Positions 45,276 to 54,628 of a stretch of 64,000 nt of DNA are shown here, piece by piece. The position numbers were made by a program, and so were the translations under genes. Numbering within the stretch: position 1 is the stretch's first letter; each line of letters starts with the position of its first letter. Source of the stretch: a virus. The notes beneath the pieces are model-generated. The model made no database searches, was not told where the DNA came from, and saw nothing but the letters and a program-made list of their open reading frames with translations. The DNA is taken from positions 14,947 to 78,946 of IMG/VR virus record IMGVR_UViG_3300046733_001096; one strand, written 5' to 3'.

Positions 45276-45595
45276 TATTTGATTCTCCTTGATGTTGCTT
45301 TAGTAGCGAGTTTTTTTACAGTATCTCTAGAATCATCATCGTTATTTGATGTGGGGACAAACTCTAGATCAATACTATTTAAACTTGCATTACTAACATA
45401 TTTACTATTTGATAACATATCAATTAAACTTTCAGCAGTCATTGAATGACCTAAATCATTTAATTCACGCACCATTATATCAGTTCCAATGGTATTAATA
45501 TCATTCGCTTTTAAGCGAACAAGATATACATTTATATCATTAATAAGTTGTGACTTATAATTTTCATTTTCGCTTAAAAGTGTTGAAATTTTCAT
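45275..45595 (-). CDS. hypothetical protein (putative head-associated)
   Basis: MKISTLLSE leader. Confidence 0.6.
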   Translation of the reverse strand: MKISTLLSENENYKSQLINDINVYLVRLKANDINTIGTDIMVRELNDLGHSMTAESLIDMLSNSKYVSNASLNSIDLEFVPTSNNDDDSRDTVKKLATKATSRRIK

Positions 45596-45599
45596 ATTA

Positions 45600-46754
45600 T
45601 TATCTCTTTGCTCTGCCTAGAGGTTCATCATCAGGTCCAGATGCTGCCTCATCACCACCTGCAAAATCTACTTCGACATCATCTTCAAAATCATCTTGCA
45701 TATCACCGCCGATTACATCACCAGCAGACATATCATCTGATGGTTTTTCGCCATTTAAAACCAAAACTGCATCATTTACAGCATCTTTTGTTGAACGTGC
45801 TTGTCCAAGTAATCCTGCTACTGCATCGTTCACTGCGTCTTTAAATGCTGCTGCACTGTCTGCACCGTGTGAATATGCCATTTCGTCCGTAAGTGGACCA
45901 AGTTGATCGTTTTGTAGTTTACCTAATTTTTCAATCATATCCTGTAGTTCATCTACCATACCACGTGCCGCCATCAGAACTTCTGCTTCTGCTGCATCAC
46001 TTTCAAGCAACGTATTAAGTTGTGCAAGTAGGCCTTCTTCTAATTTTTCTCTTTTCATTGTATATTCCTTTGGCTCTTCATATGAATTTTCATATTTTGT
46101 AGCATTATTTTCATATGATGGCACATCGCCTTCATTTGCTTTTTCTGCTTTAGCTGCATGTACTGCTTTACGCTGTGCGTCAGACTTATATTTGCCTTCA
46201 GTTGCTACTTTTTCTTCAATGACTTCGTAATCGCCGCCTGATGATGCAGATTTCATTACTGCGGCGTCTTGTGCTTCTTTACGGGTTTTATATGTTTTAT
46301 CTGATACGCCATATCCACGTGTTTTGTCACGGATTTTAAAGCCCTCTGATACTGATTCATTCTTTAAGAATGCTGGCTTATCATCTTTGGTGCCCATCTT
46401 GCCATCTTTGCCGGCATCCATTGGCATCTTATCTGATTTGGCTTTCTTCTTAGCCGGCGCTTTGCCTTTTTTCTTTGCATCTTGATATGCTTTTAAACCT
46501 GCTGGTAATTCACCTTCTGCAACGTGTGCTTTTAGTAGTGATTTGATTGTTTCAATCATAAGCATGTTTTCGACATATGCACGATCCTGATGGTCTGCTG
46601 TCATTTCACGCTTTTGTGCTTCTAATTGTGCTTTCGCTTCTCTTAGTGATTCAAGATCACCATCTACTTCATAACCAAAGTTGCTTTTCATATACTCATT
46701 CATTTTTGAAGAGATAGCAACTGGGTTAGAGTTGTAAAAAATTGTTTTTCTCAT
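45600..46754 (-). CDS. putative prohead core/scaffold-like protein
   Basis: Acidic helical protein with many xxE motifs; EPLGRAKR terminus; late motif upstream. Confidence 0.5.
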   Translation of the reverse strand: MRKTIFYNSNPVAISSKMNEYMKSNFGYEVDGDLESLREAKAQLEAQKREMTADHQDRAYVENMLMIETIKSLLKAHVAEGELPAGLKAYQDAKKKGKAPAKKKAKSDKMPMDAGKDGKMGTKDDKPAFLKNESVSEGFKIRDKTRGYGVSDKTYKTRKEAQDAAVMKSASSGGDYEVIEEKVATEGKYKSDAQRKAVHAAKAEKANEGDVPSYENNATKYENSYEEPKEYTMKREKLEEGLLAQLNTLLESDAAEAEVLMAARGMVDELQDMIEKLGKLQNDQLGPLTDEMAYSHGADSAAAFKDAVNDAVAGLLGQARSTKDAVNDAVLVLNGEKPSDDMSAGDVIGGDMQDDFEDDVEVDFAGGDEAASGPDDEPLGRAKR

Positions 46755-46816
46755 GGTATTTGCCCCAATACATTAAGTTATATTATGTATTTATCTTTTT
46801 AGTTTCATTTTCTAAT

Positions 46817-47443
46817 TTACTTAATTGACTCATATATAGATTTAATACTACGTTTAGCACTTCCTGCTTCTGATTTTGCTCTAGTAAATCTAGCCTCAGC
46901 AATATCCATTTTACTAATATCTTTACGCTTTTTTGCTTTTGCATATGTATCTTTATATTGAATTGCATCAAAATAGAACTGCTCAAATATAGCATTAGCT
47001 GCCATTATTTTTGTTAACTCCGGTGAGTTTATTTTTTTACCAGAATTCATATGTTTCGTAATAACATATGCAGTCTCATATAAACAAATGTTCTCAAATA
47101 ATGTATCGTTTGAACGATGGTCTCTGATATCATAAAACCCGTCATCTGTTTTTTCAACACTAAACATTCCTACTTTTACACCGTTTAGTGTCTTCGTAGA
47201 CTCATTCATTGTTGTTGCAACCTTTTTACTAACATTTGCACTTGCATTATTAAATGCACTCATAATGTTTTCCATTGCTTTGATATCCGCAGTTTTGACA
47301 CCGTGTGATACATCAATATGCCCAGAATCTTCCATTACTTGTTTTTCATGGGCGACTTGTTCTTTTAATGCAGTTTTGTCACCGTTAAGTGCCTTCATTA
47401 AATTAGACATTGCATTCACATCTTGTTTACTAGGTGCTGTCAT
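46817..47443 (-). CDS. hypothetical protein
   Basis: ORF in the late operon. Confidence 0.65.
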   Translation of the reverse strand: MTAPSKQDVNAMSNLMKALNGDKTALKEQVAHEKQVMEDSGHIDVSHGVKTADIKAMENIMSAFNNASANVSKKVATTMNESTKTLNGVKVGMFSVEKTDDGFYDIRDHRSNDTLFENICLYETAYVITKHMNSGKKINSPELTKIMAANAIFEQFYFDAIQYKDTYAKAKKRKDISKMDIAEARFTRAKSEAGSAKRSIKSIYESIK

Positions 47444-47454
47444 TTTGTCCTCCG

Positions 47455-47649
47455 TTAGTTGACTCTATATCCACGTAGTGTTGGTACTAACACGCCCTTA
47501 TGTACTAATTTATCAGCAATAATTACTGAGCGGTCACTTAATTGAGATTCATTAACGTATTCATTTTCTGAAAAAAACTGGTTTAATAAATCACTTTCTT
47601 CTTCGGTGATCATAACATAAATGCCACCTAAAACTTCTTGTAATTTCAT
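47455..47649 (-). CDS. hypothetical protein
   Basis: MKLQEVL..ITEEE..LL...A..LV.KGVL. Confidence 0.65.
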   Translation of the reverse strand: MKLQEVLGGIYVMITEEESDLLNQFFSENEYVNESQLSDRSVIIADKLVHKGVLVPTLRGYRVN

Positions 47650-47661
47650 TTTAAACTCCTT

Positions 47662-48213
47662 TTATTTATTGAGTTTATTTAATAGACTTCTAAACTGTTG
47701 TGCTGTTTTTGGATCATTGGCAAGTGCACTAACAGACTTAGCTTGCTGTGACATTGCAAAACGCTGAACAGGTGTTAATACTTTGCCTTGTTCGGCTCTA
47801 TCTAGTGCTTTCGCTGCTTGTTGGCCGCTAATGCCGCCCAAAGCTTTCTTGCCCAATCGTTGCATTGCTTGTGCTTTCTTTGACATTGTAGAAGGATCAG
47901 CATCTGCATCTGGCTGTTGTTGTGCTTGAGCCTGCTGCACGCCCTTCATTTCACCTGGTGTTAATGAAGTACGAGTTCCTTGTGATCCTGTCGAATAGGC
48001 TTCATCAATACTAAGACCCAGAACCTCTTTAGCGACATCTTCGTTTCTATCACGTAATGCCCTCATTAATTCAACATACTTACCAAAATCAAGAGTTTTC
48101 ATTCGTTTACGGACATCATCATCGCTCGATCCAACTAAATCTGCGATACCAGTCAATCTTGTATTATAAGTTTCAGTGACCATTGCGTTTTCTATACTAT
48201 CTTTTAATCCCAT
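47662..48213 (-). CDS. hypothetical protein
   Basis: Gln/Ala-rich ORF in the late operon. Confidence 0.65.
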   Translation of the reverse strand: MGLKDSIENAMVTETYNTRLTGIADLVGSSDDDVRKRMKTLDFGKYVELMRALRDRNEDVAKEVLGLSIDEAYSTGSQGTRTSLTPGEMKGVQQAQAQQQPDADADPSTMSKKAQAMQRLGKKALGGISGQQAAKALDRAEQGKVLTPVQRFAMSQQAKSVSALANDPKTAQQFRSLLNKLNK

Positions 48214-48220
48214 TATTTCT

Positions 48221-48505
48221 CTACCTATTCAGCATTTTTAAGCGTTTACTTGCTGGATTCATTCGCTTAGTCATTTTTGATTTTCGTGCCATACGAGAAC
48301 CCATTTTTGCTTTAGTTTTTGCTAATGTAAATCGTTTCTTAACATTCACTGGCTTAAAACATGCAGTAGGATTAGCAACTGTCTTACCTTTTAATCTACC
48401 AGATGAACAACGATATTTACGTACTACCTTTTTACCACTACGGGCATAAACAAGTTTTGCTTCATAAAACTCTTCATCAGTTGTTACAATTTCTTCTATA
48501 AGCAT
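48221..48505 (-). CDS. basic putative head-internal protein
   Basis: Acidic leader MLIEEI...EA, then KYRC.SG..KG..V...C...NPASK. Confidence 0.65.
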   Translation of the reverse strand: MLIEEIVTTDEEFYEAKLVYARSGKKVVRKYRCSSGRLKGKTVANPTACFKPVNVKKRFTLAKTKAKMGSRMARKSKMTKRMNPASKRLKMLNR

Positions 48506-48753
48506 TATATCACCTTAAACACAGAAGTCAATAGTGCAATTAGCAATGTACCAAATAATGTTGAACTTGCCCATACAACTATCTTTTTTAACTCTGTAAA
48601 TTGTTCCTTTGTATCTAATGTTTGACGTTCTACTAATGTTTCTAACCGCCTAATTGAATCATCTAATTTCTTAAATCGTTCATGATTAACTGCTACATGA
48701 GTTTCTAAACTCTGCATCTCAAGTGCTGCTAATTGCGGTTCATTTATAGACAT
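48505..48753 (-). CDS. coiled-coil protein with C-terminal TM helix
   Basis: SLETHVAV..ER...RLE; hydrophobic end. Confidence 0.65.
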   Translation of the reverse strand: MSINEPQLAALEMQSLETHVAVNHERFKKLDDSIRRLETLVERQTLDTKEQFTELKKIVVWASSTLFGTLLIALLTSVFKVI

Positions 48754-48816
48754 CGTTCTTCTCCACTAAATGTTATATGTATTTATCATTTTAGTTTAGA
48801 AGAATTATCCACATAT

Positions 48817-48845
48817 AAAAAAAACCCAGTAAAACTGGGTTTTTT
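48817..48845. terminator. bidirectional-type terminator
   Basis: A-run ACCCAG-TAAAA-CTGGGT T-run. Confidence 0.75.
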
Positions 48846-48945
48846 CTTTACATTCACTGCTTAATGGGGTATCTCCACATTCTATTTCATTATGCGAATG
48901 ATTCCAAGACCATACTAGGTAGTGGGCGCTCATTAGAATGTAGAT

Positions 48946-49335
48946 TTATAGTAGTTCTGACATCTCAAATTCCATTGTGATAGGATCAATTGGCACACCA
49001 TCAATATCTACACCGTAGAATATTTCTTTAAGTAATGCGACATTATCGCCACTACGTTGAAATGCTTGCCCATGCTCTACAGCAAATTTAAAAATCATAC
49101 CATTACCAGTTAGTGTCGGTGCTAGACCAGTAAGTGATACTGGAATAGGACTATTCATAATTACAGGTTGGGCCACCAGATTGATTAGATTACAAACATC
49201 ATCAAAATTTTGTTGTGACTGATCTAAGATATCACCGGTTGAGGTGATGTCTAATGTTTTTACATATATTGTATAAAAATTCAAGTTACCTGATAGATTT
49301 TCACTTGAACCTGCAGCACCGTGTATTCTTGCCAT
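48946..49335 (-). CDS. putative virion structural protein
   Basis: MARIHG...NLNFYTI...FAVEH; related to 50707-50958. Confidence 0.55.
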   Translation of the reverse strand: MARIHGAAGSSENLSGNLNFYTIYVKTLDITSTGDILDQSQQNFDDVCNLINLVAQPVIMNSPIPVSLTGLAPTLTGNGMIFKFAVEHGQAFQRSGDNVALLKEIFYGVDIDGVPIDPITMEFEMSELL

Positions 49336-49373
49336 ATTATTTCTCCATATTATATTATATTATATTAGTATTA

Positions 49374-50591
49374 TTAATGTGCAGTGAACCCAGATGGCGG
49401 AGTGTAAACGACATCATTTCCAACGTTAAAATATCCACCGAAACTTATGGCATTAGAGCTTCTGGAACCAGCAAAAATGACTGGCGGCACGCTATTTGTA
49501 GAATAAACCGCCCCTGACCCAGATGCTGGATCACTGGGCCACCAGTTAGCATTATTCTTATTAATCCAAATTTCTCCAGTTGCACTATCATATGCAAATT
49601 GTATTACATCCGATTCTCGAACTGGTGCCCCAAGACCCATGTTAGTTAAGTTACTTGTGCCATTTGTCTTCGTGATTATTCTCCCAGTATCAAGCGTATA
49701 GGCATGCGATCCGTCTTCCATGCCAAAGCCGAACTGTGTTTGATCTGATCCTGCCACTCCTATCATACCTGACGTTGATTCAGCCCATGCCGCTGAATAG
49801 TGCGACCATATAAACTCAAAGTATTTTTTCCCTGCACTAAGAGTGTTACTTGGAACAGCATTAGTTAAATTAGCTCCAGTAGTATCACCTGTAAAAATGA
49901 ATCCGTCCTTATATGTGGTCGGGTTGCTGCCAAACGATAAGGTGGTCTCGTTCATTCGAGAATCTGTAGTAAATGTAATAGGAGTAGTAAAACTCAGTGC
50001 TGCGGTAGTAGTAGTAGATATAACGTGTATTCCATCAGTTGCTTTTGCACGGAATGTAAAGCTTCCAGCATTTAATCCAATTGTACTTGGCGTTAACGTA
50101 AATGTTCCATCATTATTATTTACAATTGTTGCTTGTGCTTGATTGCTTGGACTTGTATCATATGTATATGTTATATCAAATCCTTCTGGATCTGTTGCTG
50201 CAACAGTTAGTGTGTTTGCAGTGCCGTCTGAATTTAATGCTACTGAACTTGGTAATTCTGTTGTCCATGTAGGCGATTCATCTGGGCCTGCCCAAACTTT
50301 AATCCATTCACTGCCATTGTTTATATGTAGTGTGTCAGAATCACTAAGAAATGCTAAATCACCCTCATTTGCTGCAGCCGCATCACGTGCAGCAATACTA
50401 GCATATATTGTGACACCACCGCCAGATGATATGGCGCCGCCACCTGAACCAACTGTATGTCCACCAACAGTTGCACCATCGTGTACTACTAATTGATTTG
50501 TAGTTGTATTCACCGTTACTTCACCTGCTGCACCAGTGAATGATGCGTGTTCTGCAGTTGTCCCACGTCTGAATTTGACTGAGTAAGCCAT
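49374..50591 (-). CDS. tail fibre / receptor-binding protein with Ig-like and SPRY/lectin-like domains
   Basis: VKFRRGTT.EH..FTGA.GE.TV.T...VHDG.T.GG; ATDPEG; GKKYFEF...G.IW..KN...PSGF. Confidence 0.75.
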   Translation of the reverse strand: MAYSVKFRRGTTAEHASFTGAAGEVTVNTTTNQLVVHDGATVGGHTVGSGGGAISSGGGVTIYASIAARDAAAANEGDLAFLSDSDTLHINNGSEWIKVWAGPDESPTWTTELPSSVALNSDGTANTLTVAATDPEGFDITYTYDTSPSNQAQATIVNNNDGTFTLTPSTIGLNAGSFTFRAKATDGIHVISTTTTAALSFTTPITFTTDSRMNETTLSFGSNPTTYKDGFIFTGDTTGANLTNAVPSNTLSAGKKYFEFIWSHYSAAWAESTSGMIGVAGSDQTQFGFGMEDGSHAYTLDTGRIITKTNGTSNLTNMGLGAPVRESDVIQFAYDSATGEIWINKNNANWWPSDPASGSGAVYSTNSVPPVIFAGSRSSNAISFGGYFNVGNDVVYTPPSGFTAH

Positions 50592-50651
50592 ATTATTTTC
50601 TCCCTTATGGTGTATATGAGTATTTATCAATATCTGATGATAATTAAAAAC

Positions 50652-50680
50652 AAAAAAAGACCCAGCATAGCCGGGTCTTT
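50652..50680 (-). terminator. intrinsic terminator
   Basis: AAAGACCCGGC-TAT-GCTGGGTC followed by T7. Confidence 0.8.
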
Positions 50681-50706
50681 ATACTCTAATAGATAGAAGT
50701 TATGTA

Positions 50707-50958
50707 TTAGTAATCAAAGTCTGTTACTGTATAACCTGCACCTAGTTCTGCTTGTAGGTCTGCTGCATTCCATGCGCCGTTGTTTTCAACTGCAACACGT
50801 TCGCCGCCTGCACCTAGAATTACAACTGTTGCTCTCATACCAACTGTTTCAACAACTAGTTTCATGTCTACTGCTGATGTGTGTGCGATTGTGAAATGTA
50901 CTAGTGATCCTGTTAGGAATTGACCTGCATCATATGATTCATGTACTTTTGCTACCAT
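50707..50958 (-). CDS. small putative virion protein
   Basis: Own late motif, SD and terminator. Confidence 0.6.
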   Translation of the reverse strand: MVAKVHESYDAGQFLTGSLVHFTIAHTSAVDMKLVVETVGMRATVVILGAGGERVAVENNGAWNAADLQAELGAGYTVTDFDY

Positions 50959-51037
50959 TTTATTTCTCCATTAAAATTTATTGAGACTTTATCATCTCTA
51001 TACTTTTATTTATCCTTTTTACGCCAACAATTGTATG

Positions 51038-51901
51038 TTACTTTCTTCTAGATTGAAATTTAGTTAGACCAGATTTTGTTGGTCTATCATATGTTGTTTT
51101 TGCAGCACGTTTGCCCAATGCTTCTGCACCTTTAACTAAAGCATACGCTCCACCAATCACAGCGGCGCCTTTAGCAGCACCTTTAACAATAGGGCGATTC
51201 CAAATCTTTTTCTTCTTATCGTTTCTATCATTAACCATATAGTTACCACGCTTTTGAAAAGAAAGTAATGGTTGTGTAAACTCACTACGCATTGCTTTAG
51301 AACGCATATATTGAACACTACGTGTTACCACTAGTGCACGTTGATTTTGATTCAAATTATCCCAATCTCCAACCAATCTACGCATTGATTTCAACATACT
51401 ATCTTGAATATTTAATTGGCGTTGGAATCTAAGTAGCATTTTTTGCTCATATCCTGAATCAGTTTTATTGTTGCCAATATGAGTTAGATATTGCACTAAA
51501 TCTGCTTTTTTGAGTGATAATCTTTTCTTAGCGATTACATCTTTTTCATTACTATTATCTTGGTCTTTGCCCATCAAACGATTTAAAGAAATATATAGAT
51601 CCGTTCCACTTGTTCTAAATGTATCAAAATTTCTAAATGATCCAGTACGTTTGGCATATTCACTTGCCAATGGCGCATAATCATAATCTTTATTGAAAAT
51701 ATTTAATAACATTAAATACATGAATGAAATTTCAGCAGCATCATCTAAATTAACTTCGCTTGCTATCTTTTTATTTCTAAACAAACGGCTTTCAGTTAGT
51801 TCATGTACTAATTGTAAACTGTTGTCATTGTTATCATCAATGTCGTGACCGCCATATATTTTTGCCCATTGACTTGCTGTATACTTTTTATCATCTGCCA
51901 T
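51038..51901 (-). CDS. hypothetical protein (putative virion-associated)
   Basis: ELTESRLFR...YA..T..F..FRTSGTDLY. Confidence 0.6.
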   Translation of the reverse strand: MADDKKYTASQWAKIYGGHDIDDNNDNSLQLVHELTESRLFRNKKIASEVNLDDAAEISFMYLMLLNIFNKDYDYAPLASEYAKRTGSFRNFDTFRTSGTDLYISLNRLMGKDQDNSNEKDVIAKKRLSLKKADLVQYLTHIGNNKTDSGYEQKMLLRFQRQLNIQDSMLKSMRRLVGDWDNLNQNQRALVVTRSVQYMRSKAMRSEFTQPLLSFQKRGNYMVNDRNDKKKKIWNRPIVKGAAKGAAVIGGAYALVKGAEALGKRAAKTTYDRPTKSGLTKFQSRRK

Positions 51902-51904
51902 GCT

Positions 51905-52099
51905 TTATTTCCTTTTATCTAGTATATCCTTCATGACATTTGTTGCTGTATTGGTAAAGCAGCGCGGTGCCACACTATGTATTAATAATGCTGGCACCAA
52001 TAATTGCAATTTTACTGCAGCACTTAGCGCAGTAGCCATATGTTGCAATCCACTTTCATTAACACTTTCTAAATGCTCTTTACATTTTTTACTAAACAT
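51905..52099 (-). CDS. small hypothetical protein
   Basis: EHL..VNES..QHM..AL...LIH..P..F...A. Confidence 0.65.
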   Translation of the reverse strand: MFSKKCKEHLESVNESGLQHMATALSAAVKLQLLVPALLIHSVAPRCFTNTATNVMKDILDKRK

Positions 52100-52103
52100 T
52101 ATT

Positions 52104-54152
52104 TTATCTTTCTTTTGTCATGTTTGCAGCACTAAAACCGCTGCGATTAACTAATTTACTATCACCCTGACCAATAACGTAGCCTTCGCCACCTCGCTGT
52201 CCATTCGTATATGCCTCTACATCTGCATCACTTGCATCTAATTGTGCAATTATATCATTTTTTACTTTCATAATGCCCATTATTACTGTAAATAATGCCT
52301 TCATTCCTTCAGCATTGTTATTTACATGATTGTTCATTCTATCTTTCATCTGTTCAGACATTTTAGCAGTTGCTATCCATTTTGACCAATCACCTGTTAA
52401 GTTATCTAACTTACGTGCTTTTGTCATATTATTGACATATGTATAAAGTGCTTTTTTGAAACTTGATAACTTGTTTGATTTTAAAAAATTATCATCTAAC
52501 AACATATCTATTTTATTGGCACTAGAATTTGCAATGCTTGCTACTTTGTCTAAATCATCTGCTTTTACCCTTGGGCCCTTTGTGAGTGTCACTGGTGGCA
52601 TGATAAGAAGATTACCTGAGTTTAACTCTGATATATCTACTTTACTTTTTGTTCCATCAAGTTCAATCTTAGCATGTAACACTACACCTGATTGACTTTT
52701 TGATATTTGTTTACCAATATCACTATTACTACGAACACGATACGTTACCGTATTTGGTGTGAAAACGAAATACCCATCTTCAACACTTGGTTTTGTAAAA
52801 TATAATAAGTCACCATGCACATAACCTCTAAAGTTTTCTGGCGTTGCTGCTTCATATATATCCCATATATTTGTCATCTGTTTTACAAATGCCTTGCGGT
52901 TAGCATCCGGTGCTTCTTTGCCGCGTCTTAAAAACATTGATGCCATGTCATTTTTACTTGTTACTTTTCCATCATATCCTTTTGCACCAAAGCCACTCTT
53001 GTCTGTTAATACAAATTCACCATTCTCATTGCGACCAAAGATCACCGCAGGCGAACCATCCCATTTAACAGTAACATTTTCAGGAGATTTCTCTAAATTC
53101 TTTAATGTTTCAATCGACTTTGCAACACCTTTTGAACCATGCCAAATAGCAAAGTCTTCAACGTGTTGAATACGTGCATCTGATTCACGTAATGGAGATT
53201 TAGCCTCTTCACTTAACTCAGTTGGAACACCAGCATTTTGTATACTTGGATTATCTTTATAATTTTTAAAAATATCTGCGGCTATATTAGGAGGATAATT
53301 CTTTTTAATTGCAGCGTATAACGTTTCAAAACTATACAAATCATCAACACTATCTAATTTTAGTATCTTTGCCCAGTCTTTAGGACTTTTGAATGGTCCA
53401 TTAATAACTTCATTCTTATTTGCTTTTGTATATCCCAATCCATTTTTCTTTTTAACTGGTCTGCGCACTACACGCACCATGCCATCGGTAGGGGAAAACA
53501 TCCAACGCTCTAGTTCTAGAGGTCTACCATCACTAGTTTTATCATCACTTGCAACAACATCTAACACACCGGCAATAGTTGCTATCATAATATTACGATG
53601 AACGCCTTTGTAATTACTGTGTTTGCCGTCCTTACTCATTGATTTTGAATGAGGCGAATGGTAATAATTCTTCATAAAATCTACATCACCCGGCATAAAG
53701 TCAATTTGTACTTTACCGGTGCGTGGTTTGTCGCCATCTTTTTTGTTTGGATCAAAGCCAACAATATCTACTACGGTCATAAACACACTTGACTTTTTTA
53801 TATCTTGTATTATTGACGAAGCACGTAATCTTTTCTCAAATTCATCACGTTTATCACTATCCAATTGCACTGCAATATCAATGTCACCCGAAAATTCTTT
53901 TTTACCAACACTACCTAGTGCATTTTTCAATAATGGTATGCCTAGTTCTTTTTCTAATTTTTTTAATGTAGGAGCAATTTCAGAATGGTGTATAACGCCA
54001 ACTCCGGGCATTTTCCCACCTTCATTAATTTGTGCATCATCAAGTAAGTTCTTCATACGATTATGTAGACCCACTTGTTTTAAGCGTGGTTTTCTTGGAC
54101 CTCGGAATCGACGTTCAATTCCTTGATTTAAAATTATATCTGATATCTTCAT
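52104..54152 (-). CDS. fusion of a nucleotidyltransferase-like domain and a second conserved phage domain
   Basis: LGSVGKK..SGDIDIAV, VQIDFM; then RIQHVED, KWDGSPA..FG, GDLLY, PNTV.Y, GEGYV, KLVNR..FS. Confidence 0.65.
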   Translation of the reverse strand: MKISDIILNQGIERRFRGPRKPRLKQVGLHNRMKNLLDDAQINEGGKMPGVGVIHHSEIAPTLKKLEKELGIPLLKNALGSVGKKEFSGDIDIAVQLDSDKRDEFEKRLRASSIIQDIKKSSVFMTVVDIVGFDPNKKDGDKPRTGKVQIDFMPGDVDFMKNYYHSPHSKSMSKDGKHSNYKGVHRNIMIATIAGVLDVVASDDKTSDGRPLELERWMFSPTDGMVRVVRRPVKKKNGLGYTKANKNEVINGPFKSPKDWAKILKLDSVDDLYSFETLYAAIKKNYPPNIAADIFKNYKDNPSIQNAGVPTELSEEAKSPLRESDARIQHVEDFAIWHGSKGVAKSIETLKNLEKSPENVTVKWDGSPAVIFGRNENGEFVLTDKSGFGAKGYDGKVTSKNDMASMFLRRGKEAPDANRKAFVKQMTNIWDIYEAATPENFRGYVHGDLLYFTKPSVEDGYFVFTPNTVTYRVRSNSDIGKQISKSQSGVVLHAKIELDGTKSKVDISELNSGNLLIMPPVTLTKGPRVKADDLDKVASIANSSANKIDMLLDDNFLKSNKLSSFKKALYTYVNNMTKARKLDNLTGDWSKWIATAKMSEQMKDRMNNHVNNNAEGMKALFTVIMGIMKVKNDIIAQLDASDADVEAYTNGQRGGEGYVIGQGDSKLVNRSGFSAANMTKER

Positions 54153-54367
54153 TTCTTATCCCCAAATGGATTTTCACCAGTTAGTTGTGGTCTTGCAAAC
54201 CATAACTTAAACCACTCATCCGTTCCAGGTTGTATATTATTCTTTTTCTGATACTCACCTTTTTCTTGGCCAGTATGTGAGATATTCTCCTGATGTTGTG
54301 ATACATCATAAGGCTTATATATACCTGCTAGAACCTTTAGTTGGTGTAACTGTTGTTCAAAATCCAT
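54149..54367 (-). CDS. hypothetical protein
   Basis: LK.LAGI...IQPGTDEWFKLWF..P..TGE. Confidence 0.7.
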   Translation of the reverse strand: MDFEQQLHQLKVLAGIYKPYDVSQHQENISHTGQEKGEYQKKNNIQPGTDEWFKLWFARPQLTGENPFGDKK

Positions 54368-54603
54368 TATTTGTCTACACTATTCATGCCTCGCTTAAAT
54401 TTACGCGGGTCTTTTGTGCGGATACTATTAACTAAACGTTTTTGTAAATCATTTGCAGTATCTTCATCAAAATTATTTTCAATGAATTCCATTAAATGTA
54501 TTGCACCTGCAATAAGGTGTTCGCCCTTTTGTTCAACCAGACGTTTATTATCTTTATCATAAGACATGCTGTTTAGTTCTTCAAATAGACTTTTACGTTT
54601 CAT
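54367..54603 (-). CDS. hypothetical protein
   Basis: SLFEEL...L.KRL.NSIR..DP.KF.RG; late motif upstream. Confidence 0.7.
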   Translation of the reverse strand: MKRKSLFEELNSMSYDKDNKRLVEQKGEHLIAGAIHLMEFIENNFDEDTANDLQKRLVNSIRTKDPRKFKRGMNSVDK

Positions 54604-54628
54604 AACAATTCTCCGTTAAGTGTATTTA

